A stretch of 60,491 nucleotides of DNA, counting the filler, from Ionaspis alba (Eukaryota): the NCBI GenBank assembly GCA_964255285.1. It is 11 parts of 11 records of this genome, joined end to end, with 100 filler letters (N's around TTAATTAATTAA, not from the genome) between each part and the next. Parts side by side here need not be neighbours in the genome. Positions count along the whole stretch, not along the records: positions 11,097 to 16,534 come from CAXUUL010001012.1; positions 16,635 to 22,066 come from CAXUUL010001013.1; positions 22,167 to 27,594 come from CAXUUL010001014.1; positions 27,695 to 33,118 come from CAXUUL010001015.1; 7 more parts are not named here. One strand, written 5' to 3'. Below, piece by piece: positions 15,377-28,367 of this stretch. Position 1 is the stretch's first letter. Each line of letters starts with the position of its first letter. The notes beneath the pieces are model-generated. The model saw only the letters and a list, made by a program, of their open reading frames with translations. It made no database searches and was not told the origin of the DNA. The translations under genes and the position numbers were made by a program.

Positions 15377-16496
15377 CTAGCTCGCACCATCTCGAAGCTC
15401 CTGCTGTGTTGAATGAAAGTGATTGATAGGACCACTTCCTTTGCCACGATCCACGGCGGTTTTGATACCCTTCCCAACGTAACGACACGCACGCTGACAT
15501 GCCTCTGGAATATCATTTCCAAGAGCTACGTTACAAGCAATAGCCGCTAGATCTATCGTCAGCATACGAGTCAGGAAAGCACACGGAATGAGGTGGTGAA
15601 GTGACTCACAAGCCAGCGAACACCCTGTGCCATGAGTATTCTTAGAATCCGAGTACTCAGTCTCTATCAGCTTAACTTGTTTCCCGTCAGTCAAGACGTC
15701 AACAACGATAGCCGGCGTGTTCTTGTCGTTCGAAACCATAACATAGTCCTTGCTCAAAGGAAGATGGCCACCTTTCAGCAGCACCCACTTTGATCCCAGC
15801 AGCTGAACGTCTTTGGCTAGACTGATCATCTCGTCTAAGTTCCCAGGCTCGTACTGTGTCTTACCGCTTGCGTTGTGCAATAGTAGCTTAGCCTCCGGGA
15901 TGTTGGGTGTTAACACGGTGGTGAGCGGTATGATGTCTTCTCGAAGCTCTTTGACGGCTTCCTTGGGTAAGAGTTGGGTGCCACTCGTTGATACCATAAC
16001 CTGAAGAGTAGTTGAGTAATCGTCTTTGCCGAGGTCCACTTGTTCATACTGGATCGATGATTGAGACCGGACATGCATATTGCGCCAATGCTTCTGCAGC
16101 CACTTTGATCGTTTCCGCTGATGCCAGCATTCCTGGCTCAGCGTCAACAGCGATTCTCGTATTGCTTTGCTGACTTGGAGAGATCGCGCTGCAACACAAA
16201 GCGTACCCGTCTTCACCACATCAACTCCGATATCGTTGAAACAGACATCAATCTGTTTTCTCACAAATTCAGGGGGTGTGTGATGGACATCGTAGACACC
16301 AAGGGTATCTTGAACAGTAAGAGCAGTAGTTGCAGTCATGGCATAGCAGCCATATGCAGCTATAACTTTCTGGTCTGCTTCAAGACCACTGTGAGCGAAT
16401 CAGCCAGCGTATTCGCAGGATAGTGTAACATTTTACTTACGCTCCCCCAGAGCAGTCCGAGCCCGCGATCACCAATATACGATTTTCTCCAACCAT
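15377..16496 (-). CDS. thiD: Hydroxymethylpyrimidine/phosphomethylpyrimidine kinase (ThiD domain only); multi-exon
   Basis: Motifs ILVIAGSDCSGGAG, TALTVQDT, VVKTGML, LTPNIPEA, VLLKGGH, THGTGCSLA and GSGPINHFH. Confidence 0.9.
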
Positions 16497-17258
16497 GATC
16501 TTGATTGCGATTTGATGGACAGAAATTGCCGAGGNNNNNNNNNNNNNNNNNNNNNNNNNNNNNNNNNNNNNNNNNNNNTTAATTAATTAANNNNNNNNNN
16601 NNNNNNNNNNNNNNNNNNNNNNNNNNNNNNNNNNGTTACGATAAGGCAAGGCGGCCTCCCGGTGGCTTTCATTAAGTTCATATTCAACGCGCGTCCCCGG
16701 ATCATCATCAGTCTCTAGACACTCCTAACCAATGGCAATTGCCTGCGAGTGTCCGGTTCTCCACCCTGCTGCTGTCGTGGAAAGAGCGTTGCATGGATCT
16801 AAGAGCTCAGTGATTCTGCAACCGATGTGAGATGGTGTGAGGTTGTCAATGCTACGTCAACGCACAGGACGAAGCTGCCCTTGGATGCGCAAGTCTCTAA
16901 GCCGCAAGAACGGCATGTGAAGAATGCCGACCGAGCTGCATAAACTTGGTTGGTCTGATATGGATTAGACTGCTCCTGTTTACTGCTGATTAGAGTCTCA
17001 TCTGAACCAACTTGATATATTGTTCTCGTTCATCTGAAACCTCGGAGAGGCACAGCTTGACAATGCAAGGGACCGACGGACAGAAGCATAATGCACAACT
17101 CTCGGAGCCAACATCAATCTCTACGGGATACACCCCTCCATCAATGTACCACAATGTTTCAAATAGACCTACAATACAATTCCGCATCGAAACCATCCAT
17201 GCTTCCACAATATTCCAAACACCTCGCTATGCCACTGCGACCCACCCCAAACCCCAAA

Positions 17259-18860
17259 TCAGTTCAAGAAACTCCGAATATTCCCTCCAATATGCTCGAG
17301 ATCCAAAAGGAAGGTATCATGCCCGAACAACGATGTATCCTCTCCCAGCTCAACATGCGTCACCGATCGATTCCCCGCCGCTCGCAACGTCTCGGCTATT
17401 TCACGCTGCTGCCACGCTGGGAAGAGGATATCGCTCGCGACGCCCATGACCAAGGTGGGGTGATCGCGAAGCGGAGCGAGACCGGCCACGAGATCCGATG
17501 GCGGCGCATTACCAACTGGTGCCGTCGGTTCCGAAAAGGATTGTTGCGATGAGTCGGATGCTTGCTCTTCGTAGGGCTTGTCGGGGAGTGTGAGGCTGCA
17601 AGACTGGTTCTCCAGCTGAGCGCTGAGGCTGTGCTTCAGCTTGCCTTGGTTTTGGGATCTGAGCTGGTCCATTTGAATTTGGTGCTCTTTGCCAAGATCG
17701 AAGAGATCCATTGCTTTGGACACGTAGAGAAGACTGTTGGCGTCGTATTCTAGGCAGAATTTCTCGCCTGCGTGGTCGAGGTAGGTTTCGATTAGGAAGT
17801 CTGGGCATAGTGCTGGTGGTCGACTAGGGTCTGCTCTCCGTCGAGCGAATCGCTTCTCCCATTCTGGGCCACTTCGATACGTGACAGTTGCGATTTCTCT
17901 GGCGAGCTTCATACCAGCGTGCGGTGGAATCTTGTCGTAGTAGAATCCTCGAGACCAGTTCGGATCCATCATGAGTACCTGGCGCTGGGTATGCCGCATG
18001 GCAATGCTGTATGGATGGCTTCTTGCGCATCCACTGATGCTGATGATCTTTTCCATCCGCTTCGGGAACAGAACCCCAGCCGCCAGACTCTGCATACCTC
18101 CCATGCTTGAGCCAACACTGGCATGGAGCTTCTCGATTCCCAATCCATCCAGAAGTCTGAATTGTGCCCTGACCATATCCTCCATTGTCAAGATCGGGAA
18201 TCTGGTAGCATATGTCTGCCCGTTTGCAGGATCGATTGAACCAGGCCCAGTACTGCCATAGCATCCTCCAATAACATTCGTACAGATCACAAAGTACTTG
18301 TTTGTGTCTATTGGAGCATTAGGTCCAATGAATTTCTCCCACCAGCCAGGCTTTGGGTTCGCCTCTGTGCTATGCGCATGACTCGAAGCCGAGAGACCAG
18401 TGTAAAGTAGAATGGCATTGGTCCTCGTCTCATTCAACTTCCCCCATGTTTCGTAGGCGATATTGAATTGTGGAAGGACTCCTCCCCAGTCGAGGAGTAG
18501 AGGATCCTCAGAATGAAAGACAAGATGCTTCCCGCTGGTGTAAGATGGCTCGGGCCCAGACGAGAGGGATCGATTGGAGAGGGTCGCTGTCTTTGCTTCT
18601 AGGGCATCGAGGCATGGGAAGGAAAGAGCGGGATTTGAAGAGCTCGGTGGGGTGGGCGATTCTTCATCTGCCTCTGCGACAGCGGCTTGGGCTCTTCTTC
18701 GGACATTGGACTGGATTGTACGTCTAAACAATAAAGGTTGTGAAATGGTAGCAGTCTGTGGGTGAATAGCGGTCGCCGCTCGTCGAGCTTGTATCGGTAC
18801 AGAGTGGAGCCTCTTGAGGGCAGCACGAGAGGCGCCGACGACGCTTCCAATGCTGCTCAT
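17259..18860 (-). CDS. cysA: Serine O-succinyl/acetyltransferase (MetX family, CysA/Cys2 type) with mitochondrial presequence
   Basis: [10 protein letters not shown] (serine type, not HALTG), GSSMGG nucleophile and GHDTFLL; Arg/Ser/Ala-rich N-terminus. The start at 18860 is inferred. Confidence 0.85.
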   Translation of the reverse strand: MSSIGSVVGASRAALKRLHSVPIQARRAATAIHPQTATISQPLLFRRTIQSNVRRRAQAAVAEADEESPTPPSSSNPALSFPCLDALEAKTATLSNRSLSSGPEPSYTSGKHLVFHSEDPLLLDWGGVLPQFNIAYETWGKLNETRTNAILLYTGLSASSHAHSTEANPKPGWWEKFIGPNAPIDTNKYFVICTNVIGGCYGSTGPGSIDPANGQTYATRFPILTMEDMVRAQFRLLDGLGIEKLHASVGSSMGGMQSLAAGVLFPKRMEKIISISGCARSHPYSIAMRHTQRQVLMMDPNWSRGFYYDKIPPHAGMKLAREIATVTYRSGPEWEKRFARRRADPSRPPALCPDFLIETYLDHAGEKFCLEYDANSLLYVSKAMDLFDLGKEHQIQMDQLRSQNQGKLKHSLSAQLENQSCSLTLPDKPYEEQASDSSQQSFSEPTAPVGNAPPSDLVAGLAPLRDHPTLVMGVASDILFPAWQQREIAETLRAAGNRSVTHVELGEDTSLFGHDTFLLDLEHIGGNIRSFLN

Positions 18861-19354
18861 TGCGGACACAGGGAGATAAAGGATCGGATTGATGCTGCCA
18901 GCAGCAGTATGGGCAAGTATTAATTGACGCCATGGCTTTGGTAATCTACTGGACAAAGGTCGTTAGGAATTCGAAGCTATGTGATGACACGATCGCACGT
19001 GTTGTCTAACCGTTTTGGGACGACAGATTTCTAGTGAGCCCTAAGCACGGTTCCCGAGCAGTTGATATCCGAGAGAATATACTACTTGCATACTGTTGGG
19101 ATCAACGGGCTCTCTTATGGTGCAGTTATCGCTGTTGAGATTGTTCTCTTCATATGTTACACGTCGGCGCCTTGCTGAATACACTTGATAGATATTACTA
19201 AGAGAGTAGGCCAAGGAGACCCAACATGAATACGCTGGGTAAGCATAGTGATGGCAATGAAGAAAGTCTTCATCAGTGATTCCCAGCGAACATTGGGGTT
19301 ATGATAAGTCCTTCGCTGTGACCAAAACTCCTGACGAGATGCCGCGCACAGGAT

Positions 19355-19998
19355 TCAGAGACGCTGAGGGCGCCACCAGCTCTTCTTAGGAGTCCTGCAA
19401 CAACGTTAGAGAGGATGGGAAAAGGCTGGAACAAAGAGTTGTCTTACCCCGCTTTCGATTTGCGGACATGCACGAAGAATACTCCCTACATTTGTCAGTC
19501 GTTGTATGGCCAAATCTTCGTCATAGGCACATACTATAATTGTAGTAATGAGCCAGAACACGGCACTCAAGAAAGTGAAAGCGATCGCGGCCTTCCACTT
19601 CTGACAAGTCCCTCCTTTTGTGATGTCGCTCCAGTCCCAGATCGAGCCGCAATCCAGCGGTTTGATGAAGTTGACCATGAGGATGTAAACGATGACCCAG
19701 AGGATGAGTATTAAGGTATCAGTAGGATAATGAACGAGGCTCCATGCGAACGGGATTAGCCAAAGTAGTGCGAGGAACATAGAAATAGCCGCAACGGCCA
19801 CGGTGTAGTAAAACTGTGTCTGGGGCGTAGTGGTGTCATTCTTGTTGTTAGAAATGTAGGTGCCGATTAGGCCAGCGATTGTAGCTGGCACAAGGTTAGC
19901 ACCGGCTACCACCACAAACAGACTTTGTCAGACTCACCTGCGAATACAAGCTGACCAAGGCGAAGAGGGATGGAAACAAAGTTTTTGAAGGCTGGCAT
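19355..19998 (-). CDS. MARVEL-domain four-TM membrane protein; 4 exons
   Basis: MPAFKNFVSIPLRLGQLVFA|ATIAGLIG... with four hydrophobic helices and CQKWKAAIAFTFLSAVFW; canonical introns. Confidence 0.75.
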
Positions 19999-21197
19999 GC
20001 TGACCTGCAGTGCGACTTTTCTTGCGTAAATGCTGCGTAGGAATATGGGGATTTGCTGCTTGGAGACGTAAGAGATTCAAATAGAGGATAATGAGGATTC
20101 AGATGGCACTGCAATACTTAAGTAGTGGTGAAATGTTTCCGGAAAGTGAATCAAGCAGTGACCACGAAGGTCGCTTTGTGAAGCAAACAAAGGATGTCAC
20201 AACCAGCACGACTCCATCTTCAATGCAGAGGGAAGAACAATAGTAGATCGAATGACCTTGGCAGCGATGAACCAGATCTCGCATCCTATCACTGCCATTC
20301 TCCAGATCACATAGTCATAAAATATTGAGTTGTGGTTGTCACGATCTCGGATAGATATTTTGATCATACAAAATTTCCATTATGTTTGTCCACAGCCTCC
20401 AATATCCTTTAGCGACAGAGGAGCGATTCTTCAATAGTGGTACTCCAGGATTATCAACTTTGTCTTCGATGCCATGTGGTGGTCATTAGAGTCCACAGAT
20501 ACGAACTCGATGACCAGAGAAAGATAAAGAAATTGACAAGCGGACAAGCAGGCTCAGGTGGAAACACTGCAGCCAGACACCCAGAACTCGTTGGACTGAA
20601 CATTGCAAGACCAAGTAGTCTGAATGGCTAGCAAGCCGCATGCTTACAACTCCACGACGGTAAAGTAGGCTGTAGAGCGTAGCCATAGCTACTCGAATTG
20701 AGCAGGCAGCGAACACAACATGCTAAACGAACTCGAAAGGGCTCCAATGTGACAAATAATCGACTTGATCAACGCGCGCACAAAGTCTCCGAACACACGT
20801 CAGACTATAGAAGAGTTCCCTGACACTGATCACAAATACTTTGTTATTCGAAGAAAGGAGTTACCTCGTACCTCGGAGCGGGCTAAGAATACAAAAGGAG
20901 CAATAGCTCGAAGACCGAGTGGACGAACTGCGAAATGGAGCTAAGCTGCGGCAGGATGAGTAGTGATCCTTGATTAATGTGCATGTGAAGTTCCAGCCGG
21001 GGTCCGACGAGATATTAGATGACGTTACTACCGCTCGCATGAAATGTAATACTGGACAACACATTTCAACATTGGATTGCCATCATCTACCAGCAGTTAT
21101 AAAGTTTTGGGACTCTGCAGCAGTATAGTTCCACCATCTGCACCTTGACCTCGTCGCACATCAACCAAGCTCTAGCCATTGCCACGTGCGACGCACC

Positions 21198-22066
21198 ATG
21201 ACGTCCAAACTCATTCCCTCGGATCCATCGTCTGTGATGGTCATCCGAAAAGTGACACCTAACATCACAACCTGCTCTGCACCTTTCGCCCGCTTCGGAC
21301 GATTCAAAGTCGGCGGACGAGGCACAATTGGTAAGTCCAAACCTCGACCACCATGATCCGGCTCATCCGCCAGTCTAACCATGCCTCCAGTCCGCCTCCA
21401 AAATGGCACCCTCGCCGTCTTCTCCCCTACCGCCCTGACCAACGAAGTCCGCAGCACCGTCCAAGAACTCGGCAACAATGTACAATACCTCGCCGCGCTC
21501 GACTTCGAGCACCACATCTTCCTCAGCGAATGGGCCAAAGCCTACCCCAACGCCAAAGTCCTGGGCGTGGAAGGCCTCCCCGAAAAGCGCAAGAAAAGCG
21601 GCGAGACAGCCGGCACGAAATTCCACACCGTCTGGACCGAGAAAAACAAGCTGAACACGACCGTCGATCCGGACTTCGACCGCGAGTTCGACTACGAGTA
21701 TGTCGGCAGCCACGGAAACAAGGAACTGGTCATGTGCCACAAGCCTGACCGGACGCTCATCGAAGCGGATCTGATTTTCAACCTGCCGGCCACGGAGCAG
21801 TACTCGCGGACGAAAGAGGGCGCGCGGTCAGGGATGCTGACGAGATTCTTCATCGGTTTGATGAATGCGCAGGGGCCGGCGAAGTGGCAGAAGAGGTTCC
21901 TGTGGTATGTGGCCAGTTCGAAGGATCGGCCGGCTTTCTCGCAGAGTATGAAGAGGATTGATGGCTGGGATTTTGATAAGATCATTCCGTGTCATGGGGA
22001 TGTGATTGAGAGTGGGGGAAAGGGGATTTTTAGGAATATTATGGAGTGGCATCTTCATAGTAAGAC
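21198..22066 (+). CDS. DUF4336 metallo-beta-lactamase-fold protein; intron 21331-21390; 3' end at scaffold break
   Basis: Motifs PFARFGRFKVGGRGTIVRL, DFEHHIFL, TLIEADLIFNLP and WDFDKIIPCHGDVI. Confidence 0.85.
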
Positions 22067-22479
22067 NNNNNNNNNNNNNNNNNNNNNNNNNNNNNNNNNN
22101 NNNNNNNNNNTTAATTAATTAANNNNNNNNNNNNNNNNNNNNNNNNNNNNNNNNNNNNNNNNNNNNGTGTTGGTGGGGGAGAGGGAGCGCTGGAGAAGAC
22201 GCTTGTGGGGGCGGGGATGAAGGAGTCGCCGTGATCAGGTGAGACGTAGGGAAAGGAGGGGAATGGTGGGTATGGCATTCGGGTGCATCGTACTGCAGAT
22301 CTGGTGATTGGTATAGACCAAGTAGAATAGAGGCTGTACATTTAAATACAAAAAACTCCTAATTTCAAGAGAAAGGCCAATCCGTTAGCTCAACTGGCCA
22401 GATCCAGGACTGGTCTCAGATTGAAAATCTCCCCGTCCCATGCAGTGTAAACAGCTTGTCTCCAGCCGTGTATGATCTA

Positions 22480-24529
22480 TCACAGCTTCACCTCACCAGC
22501 CTTCAATCGCTCCCAGGCACCTTTATCAAAGCGGACATATCTCCCATCTCTCAACCAAAACATCTCATCCCCACCATCTACCTTCGCCGGATCCACACCC
22601 TGACTCCTCAACACATGCTTCTGCTGTTTATTATTCCCCGTCGCCTTCAACTCCTTAGTGACCCTCAAGAAAAGCGGCACCGCATATCTCGGCAGCTTCT
22701 TGGTCGCGTGTATCGCAACATCATCTAACAGTTGTTGGTTGACGTCCCGATTAAAGACCGTAGCCACACAGCCCGCCCTTCCATCATGATTCGGAAGTTC
22801 GACACCATAAACATTGGCATCGTCGACGGCGGGATGAACACCAAGGACTTCCGAGACCTCGTTCGTCGACACATTTTCTGATTTCCAGCGGAACGTATCA
22901 CCGATCCGATCGCAGAACCAGATGCGGTGTTCGCTGTCCATGCGGACAATATCGCCGGTCCGGAACCAGGCATCGCCTTTCGCAAAGACATCCCGCATGA
23001 TCTTCGAATTGGTCGCTTTGTCATTGCCGTAGTAGCCAACATAGGCCTTTTGGATGTTGTCGGGCTCCAAAGCGTAGAGGAGTTCTCCGGGAGTGTTCGT
23101 TGGCACTTTGGTGCAGAAATTGTTTCGCTTAGGATCTCTCTTCGGTAACTCGGTTTCCAAATCGAGTTCCACGATGGCCATGCGCCGACCAAATAGGGCT
23201 TGTGCTAGCGAACCATGCCTGCCGATGGCCCCTCTCGAAAATGAGTTGCTGCTCACGTTCCAAGTCGCGCTGGCGCCGTCGGTGGCAGAGTAGAATTCGG
23301 CGATCGTCTCGATGCCGAATCGCTCCTTGAATCTGTCCCAGACATCTGGGCGAAGACCGTTACCGAAGGCGATTTTGACGTCGTTCTTTTTGTCCAGGTT
23401 TTCGCCCGTCTCGGGATCGATTTGAGGAGGAGCCGCGAGAAGGTATCGGCATGTCTCGCCCACGTACTGGATAACTGTCGCTTTGCTGGCTCGGACTTCG
23501 GGCCAGAATGAACGGTTGCTGAATTTGTGGCCGAGAACAAGGGTGCAGCCCACGTAGAGGCATGGAGTCGCTCCGAGAACTGTTGCTGTCGAATGATAAA
23601 GTGGCATGCACTTTTATGACAGTTAGCTGAAAGAAAGCGGAATTCAAAGTAGGCATTAATGTGCTGAGAAGGGGGTTCTCACAGTATAGAATCGGTCCGA
23701 CTTCCTTAAGGGCATCCACGACTCTAGGACTGCTGCTCCAGTATATAGCTTACTCCAGCTCATTATGGCAGCCTTAGGCATGCCTGTCGTTCCACTCGTG
23801 TAGATAAGCATCGCCGGTTTGAAAGGCTCAGCACCAGCTCGTGAAGAATCGGGCTCCCGCACTCCATCTATAGTCATCACCTTGTTTGCCACCTTTTCAC
23901 CAACATACACAACTTCCACGGAGCCTTTCCCATCATGAAATTTAGAAGAGGATAGTCTATTGAGAACGTCTATCGAGAAATGCGATCTGACGCCTTCGTC
24001 GACGAAGACTATGCGAGCTGATGAGGTCTTGATGCAGTGTAGTAGCGGCTCACTCGTGAGGTTGTAGTTGATGAACGCCGGCGTCGCACCAATGGACCAC
24101 AAGGCGAGCCAAACAAAGATGAACTGTGCTGAGTTCTGGAAGTCGACAGCTACCACTTCTTTGGGAGCAATGGCATAGGTGGTCTTCATCCAGGTACCAT
24201 ATCTGAGAACGACATCATATGCCTCCTTGAAAGTCCAGGATTTCCCTTCATAGACCAGGAAGGGATGGTTCGCGGTAGATTTGGCATGAGCGTGCTCTTC
24301 GAGTCTGTAGAAAAGATTCAACCGCTTCTTCTTCTCGTTGGCAGCTGTACGCAGGGTGGCCTTGACGATTGCTGATCCGAGCTTGATATCGTGGGAGAAT
24401 TGGGTCTTCGCATTCAGATATGCAAGTGAGGCAGCTGCCGCTGGAACGGCTATGGCGAGTGGGACTGAGGGACGTAAGGTGATTAGCTCGGTTGGAGACA
24501 CAGGTAGCATGGTGGAACTCACCCGGCAT
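22480..24529 (-). CDS. FAT1: Very-long-chain acyl-CoA synthetase / fatty acid transport protein; 7-nt first exon
   Basis: AMP-binding IYTSGTTGMPK, MPLYHS, QYVGETCRYL, GNGLRPDVW and FATP signature DRIGDTFRWKSENVST. Start ATGCCGG|gtgagt. Confidence 0.92.
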
Positions 24530-26812
24530 GCTGACTGCGCGTCACTCCCGGGTGCTACAGCACAGAAGGGAGATCCTGTGGGAAGGGAAAGGATCATATC
24601 ATCGTGCTCTACAGATATGTCATGATTACATGTAAATGGTGAAGAGAGGCGATCATGATTATGCGAGTGGCCTCGAACACTCCACTCCGCTGTCACCCAT
24701 CCTCGACAAAGCCCGAGGGACCGAGGTCCGTTGCGCCAAGCGAATTTGAGAGTGCTGGCAATACTTCAGCCACCGACACAGAGGTTCAATTTCTACGAAC
24801 GATTGAACCACGAAATGAGGCATGGAATATATAGAAAGCAGAAGAAAAGTCTGACGTACTTATCTCTCAACAATATGCATAGCTTATGCGTCAGTCACAT
24901 CGGTCATAATCGTTCTCTACTTGATACAGACCAGTCTTTTTTCTACCGGCCCAGCTTCGGAAGCTTTGCCGCATTGTTGAAATGCCAGAAGACAAGCATT
25001 TTTTTCGGTCAAAGACTATCAGAACACTATGCTTTCATTGCATAGTTCCAACCGAGTTACCTGGCGTATTGCATTGAATCTATTCTTTAATTTTTCCGCC
25101 GTGAGCACCATGTTTGCTTTCTAACTTTGATTGAGCTCCAATATTGCCTGGTACGACTACACGACCAGATTCCTAACCCTCCAGCGCAGCATTTCAACGG
25201 CTAACTCGGACATAAACAGGCTTTCAAGGTAGCCTATAATCTTTCCTTCACCCGAAGTTGAGTTGTGATAAAGCTCGACTAACCCGGAGTCTTACGCCTG
25301 GAAGAAGCGTGAATAAAGCCAACCGGCCATGACGTCTAGATATCCGAGCATCTTGGAGCGCCATATACGAAGTGCTTTTTGGTGCCTTCGGAGTTCGGAT
25401 CGGAAAGAGCAAGAGTTTAATGTCCGCGCTTGAGGTCGAACCCTTCCACCCTTAGGTCCGGAGCATAGAGGCGCAAGCTCATGGCCCAGAAGAAGTGGAC
25501 GGTGCAGATACAAGTGTTAGCCTTGGCCTATAGGGCTACCGGCAACCTGATGTACTGGTTTCAATCTCGATTGCCTGCGATGGCGGCTTTTTCATCCCCA
25601 GCATCGAGAACAGACGGTGCAATCCAACCTCTCGTCGAAACGGTGCCGAATGCCAGGACGAACAGTATCACTAAAGACTGGCTACCGGAAGATATGGGCC
25701 ACCAACGTCTACATGCAACAGTGAGTCGATGCAATATTCGATGTCTCGTTGGTAGGTGCCAGGCCGGACGGGCTTCAAAACTGCCATGGCCCTAATGCAC
25801 CCCAGGTCTCGTGACCCGGATACCCCACCCTCTTATATGGTGAAACGTCCGACAAGGTGAGCGGTCCGATTGGATCAGACCACCATCCCTTCATCACAGA
25901 CCATAATCACCACCATCAACAGGTTTACCGCCCTGCTGTCCATTTAGCTTGCAATCGATGTCGTGCTGGCTGGCTAATAAGGCCTTCGTTCTACTCGACT
26001 GTTATGTCGATCTATTAGTCGGAATACCTCGGCTCATGCACCACGTTCGTCGATCCTGCATTATCTGCACGAAGGAAGCAAGAAATGCCGTTGCAAAATG
26101 CCAAGATTAGTGGTCCCGCCACCTCCACCGGCAGTTTTGATCGCTGCTTCGCCTCAATGCAATGTAATGCGATGTGATTTTGACGTTGCCACGCCACTTC
26201 TGCTTGCGGTTTGCCTCTACTGCAGAAACATTATCTGCAGAGCCTATTGTTAGAGATTGTGAATTTTATGTGGAAGATCACCCTGCCAATATCAATTCCT
26301 CCGATATTTTGATCAACTCTCTGCCACTATTTGCTACATGAAACACGTGGTGGGGCCGGATCAAGCTATGCCCTATACCCCTAACCCAACAGGGGCACAT
26401 ATCCGGTGCTTTGGCCACGCGGGCTACTAACTTACCGCTGCGATTAAGCTTCTTTTCTTGCTCTATTTGTATTCACGATTGACCAACCGCGACTGGAAAC
26501 TCGAGGAAACATGGTGATCTACCAGGATGCCTCGAAATTAGTATCTCCGTGCTTGCATTCGATGGCTCCGGACTTGTCGAGCTTTGTTTTTTTCATTATG
26601 ATTGTCAACGACTGAATGCGGGGCAAATGTCTCCTTTCTACATTGTTTCTGCTGCAGAAGATGGATATAAAATCCAGATCATGTCCGCCATCATTCGAGT
26701 ACCTGATTCAAGTTCGAGCTGAGCTCCACTTCCAGTCTTTTAAGCAAGTGAAGCTTCGACTGTCAAATCATCCCCTTTCACAAGCCGAACACTCATTCTT
26801 TTCTTTGCCAGC

Positions 26813-27579
26813 ATGAAGCTCACACTTGTATCATCTGTGCTTGCTCTCTACTGCTCCCTAGCAGCAGCCCTCCCTGTCGACACCAGTCTCGCCCTGCTTG
26901 AAAAACGCACTCTCTACGGCGACACGGCAAACGAGCTGGGCTTGTGCAGACCCGTCACCGTCATCTTCGCTCGCGGAACAGTAGAATCCGGCAATGTCGG
27001 GCTCCTGGCCGGTCCACCTTTCTTCAACGCCCTATCCGCAATCATTGGAGGCTCCAACCTTGGCGTGCAAGGTGTTCCTTACCCGTAAGTCTGCCGAACA
27101 GCTCTCAGAAGTCGATTCAAGAAGCTAATGAAAATCTAACAGGGCTACTGTGCTGGGCTACTTAGCTCAAGGCGATCCCATGGGCTCGGCAAAACTGGCT
27201 CAATTGACTCAGCAAGCTGCTTCCCAATGTCCGCAGACACAAATCGTCTTGTCTGGGTACAGGTAGGCATTTCCCCAACCCCTCTCCTCTTAATCCTGCG
27301 GAAACTGACCCCCTACATAGTCAAGGAGCCCAGCTCGTCCACAACGGGGCCGGTATGCTACCCGCCGCAGTTGCAGCGCGTGTCAAGGCTGTTGTGCTTT
27401 TCGGCGATCCTTTCGAGGGCCGGCCTATTCCGAACATCGATCCGAATATCGTTGATACTTTTTGCTTTTCTACGGATCTTATTTGTAAAGATACCATTAT
27501 TGTTGCGCCTTCGCATTTGGCTTATTCGATTGATGCATATCCGGCTGCGCAGTTTGTGGCGGCTCGTGTTAAGGTTTGA
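26813..27579 (+). CDS. Secreted cutinase (CE5); introns 27085-27141 and 27263-27320
   Basis: Signal peptide, VIFARGTVESGNVG, GYSQG split by an intron, VVLFGDP, C...DLIC and H-L-A-Y. TATAAAA upstream near 26666. Confidence 0.93.
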
Positions 27580-28047
27580 TACTGTGAGGGGAGGNNNNNN
27601 NNNNNNNNNNNNNNNNNNNNNNNNNNNNNNNNNNNNNNTTAATTAATTAANNNNNNNNNNNNNNNNNNNNNNNNNNNNNNNNNNNNNNNNNNNNCTGAAG
27701 CAACGAGAGGGTCTTCCGGCTCGGTGACAGCTTCCAGTATTGAAAAAATGACGAAAAGTGAGCAACAAGCTTTTGGAGAAGGATGCAGCAGCATTCAGAG
27801 ACACACTCCAAATGCATCAGATCAATCAAGATCGTGCATGACGGTACCTGCCGGTGGGTTGGCGCAGTTCAGGTAATTGACCCGGCATCGAGTGGAGGAG
27901 CAGCAGATAGATCCGTACAAGCCATGCACTGAGATCATCTTGCCAGCTGAAGCTCGGTGCATATCTGGCAATACCATCTTTCTCTTTATACTCTTCCTCA
28001 TTACTCCCCAATGGCAAACGACCAGACGCTGATCCTTCTCCCTCTCA

Positions 28048-28367
28048 TCAACGCCCCTTCAGCGCCGTCGTCTCCACCAAACACTGGCCCCCACATCTAA
28101 CCACCATCAGCTCCTCATCATCTCAGAATCCCTCACAAAAAAACAAATGGCAAGAACTCACCTCCTAAACACCCTTACAATTGGCTCACATTTGATGACA
28201 GCCGTCGCCCGCTCCCGTCCTTCCAAATGGCACGAATACTGCACCAGCTCCATAAGTTCGCAGTTCGCGAGATCGAGGGTGCCTCCTTTGCGCCGCTTGC
28301 CTTGGGCGGTGAGTTGGATTCTGTAGGGGAGTTCAGTGGCGGGGAAGGATTCGATGGGGGGTGTCAT
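28048..28367 (-). CDS. SOM1: Mitochondrial inner-membrane peptidase subunit Som1; one intron
   Basis: MTPP...DLANCELMELVQYSC...CEPIVRVFRR|C...VETTA pattern. Confidence 0.8.

Noticed and set aside
15377..16534. TPP riboswitch in the thiamine-pathway gene
   Set aside because: No TPP aptamer core seen in its introns; the upstream region is cut by the scaffold end.
22375..22450. tRNA-like TAGCTCAACTGG and AGATTGAAAATCT
   Set aside because: No T-arm (GTTCRA) and no acceptor stem; it lies in the FAT1 3' region.
25172..26387. CCTAACCCT (25172) and CCCTAACCC (26379) as alternative telomerase templates or telomeric seeds
   Set aside because: Single 9-mers. I found no enclosing long-range helices or CR4/5-like arm, unlike at 50305-52325. 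This was not excluded computationally.
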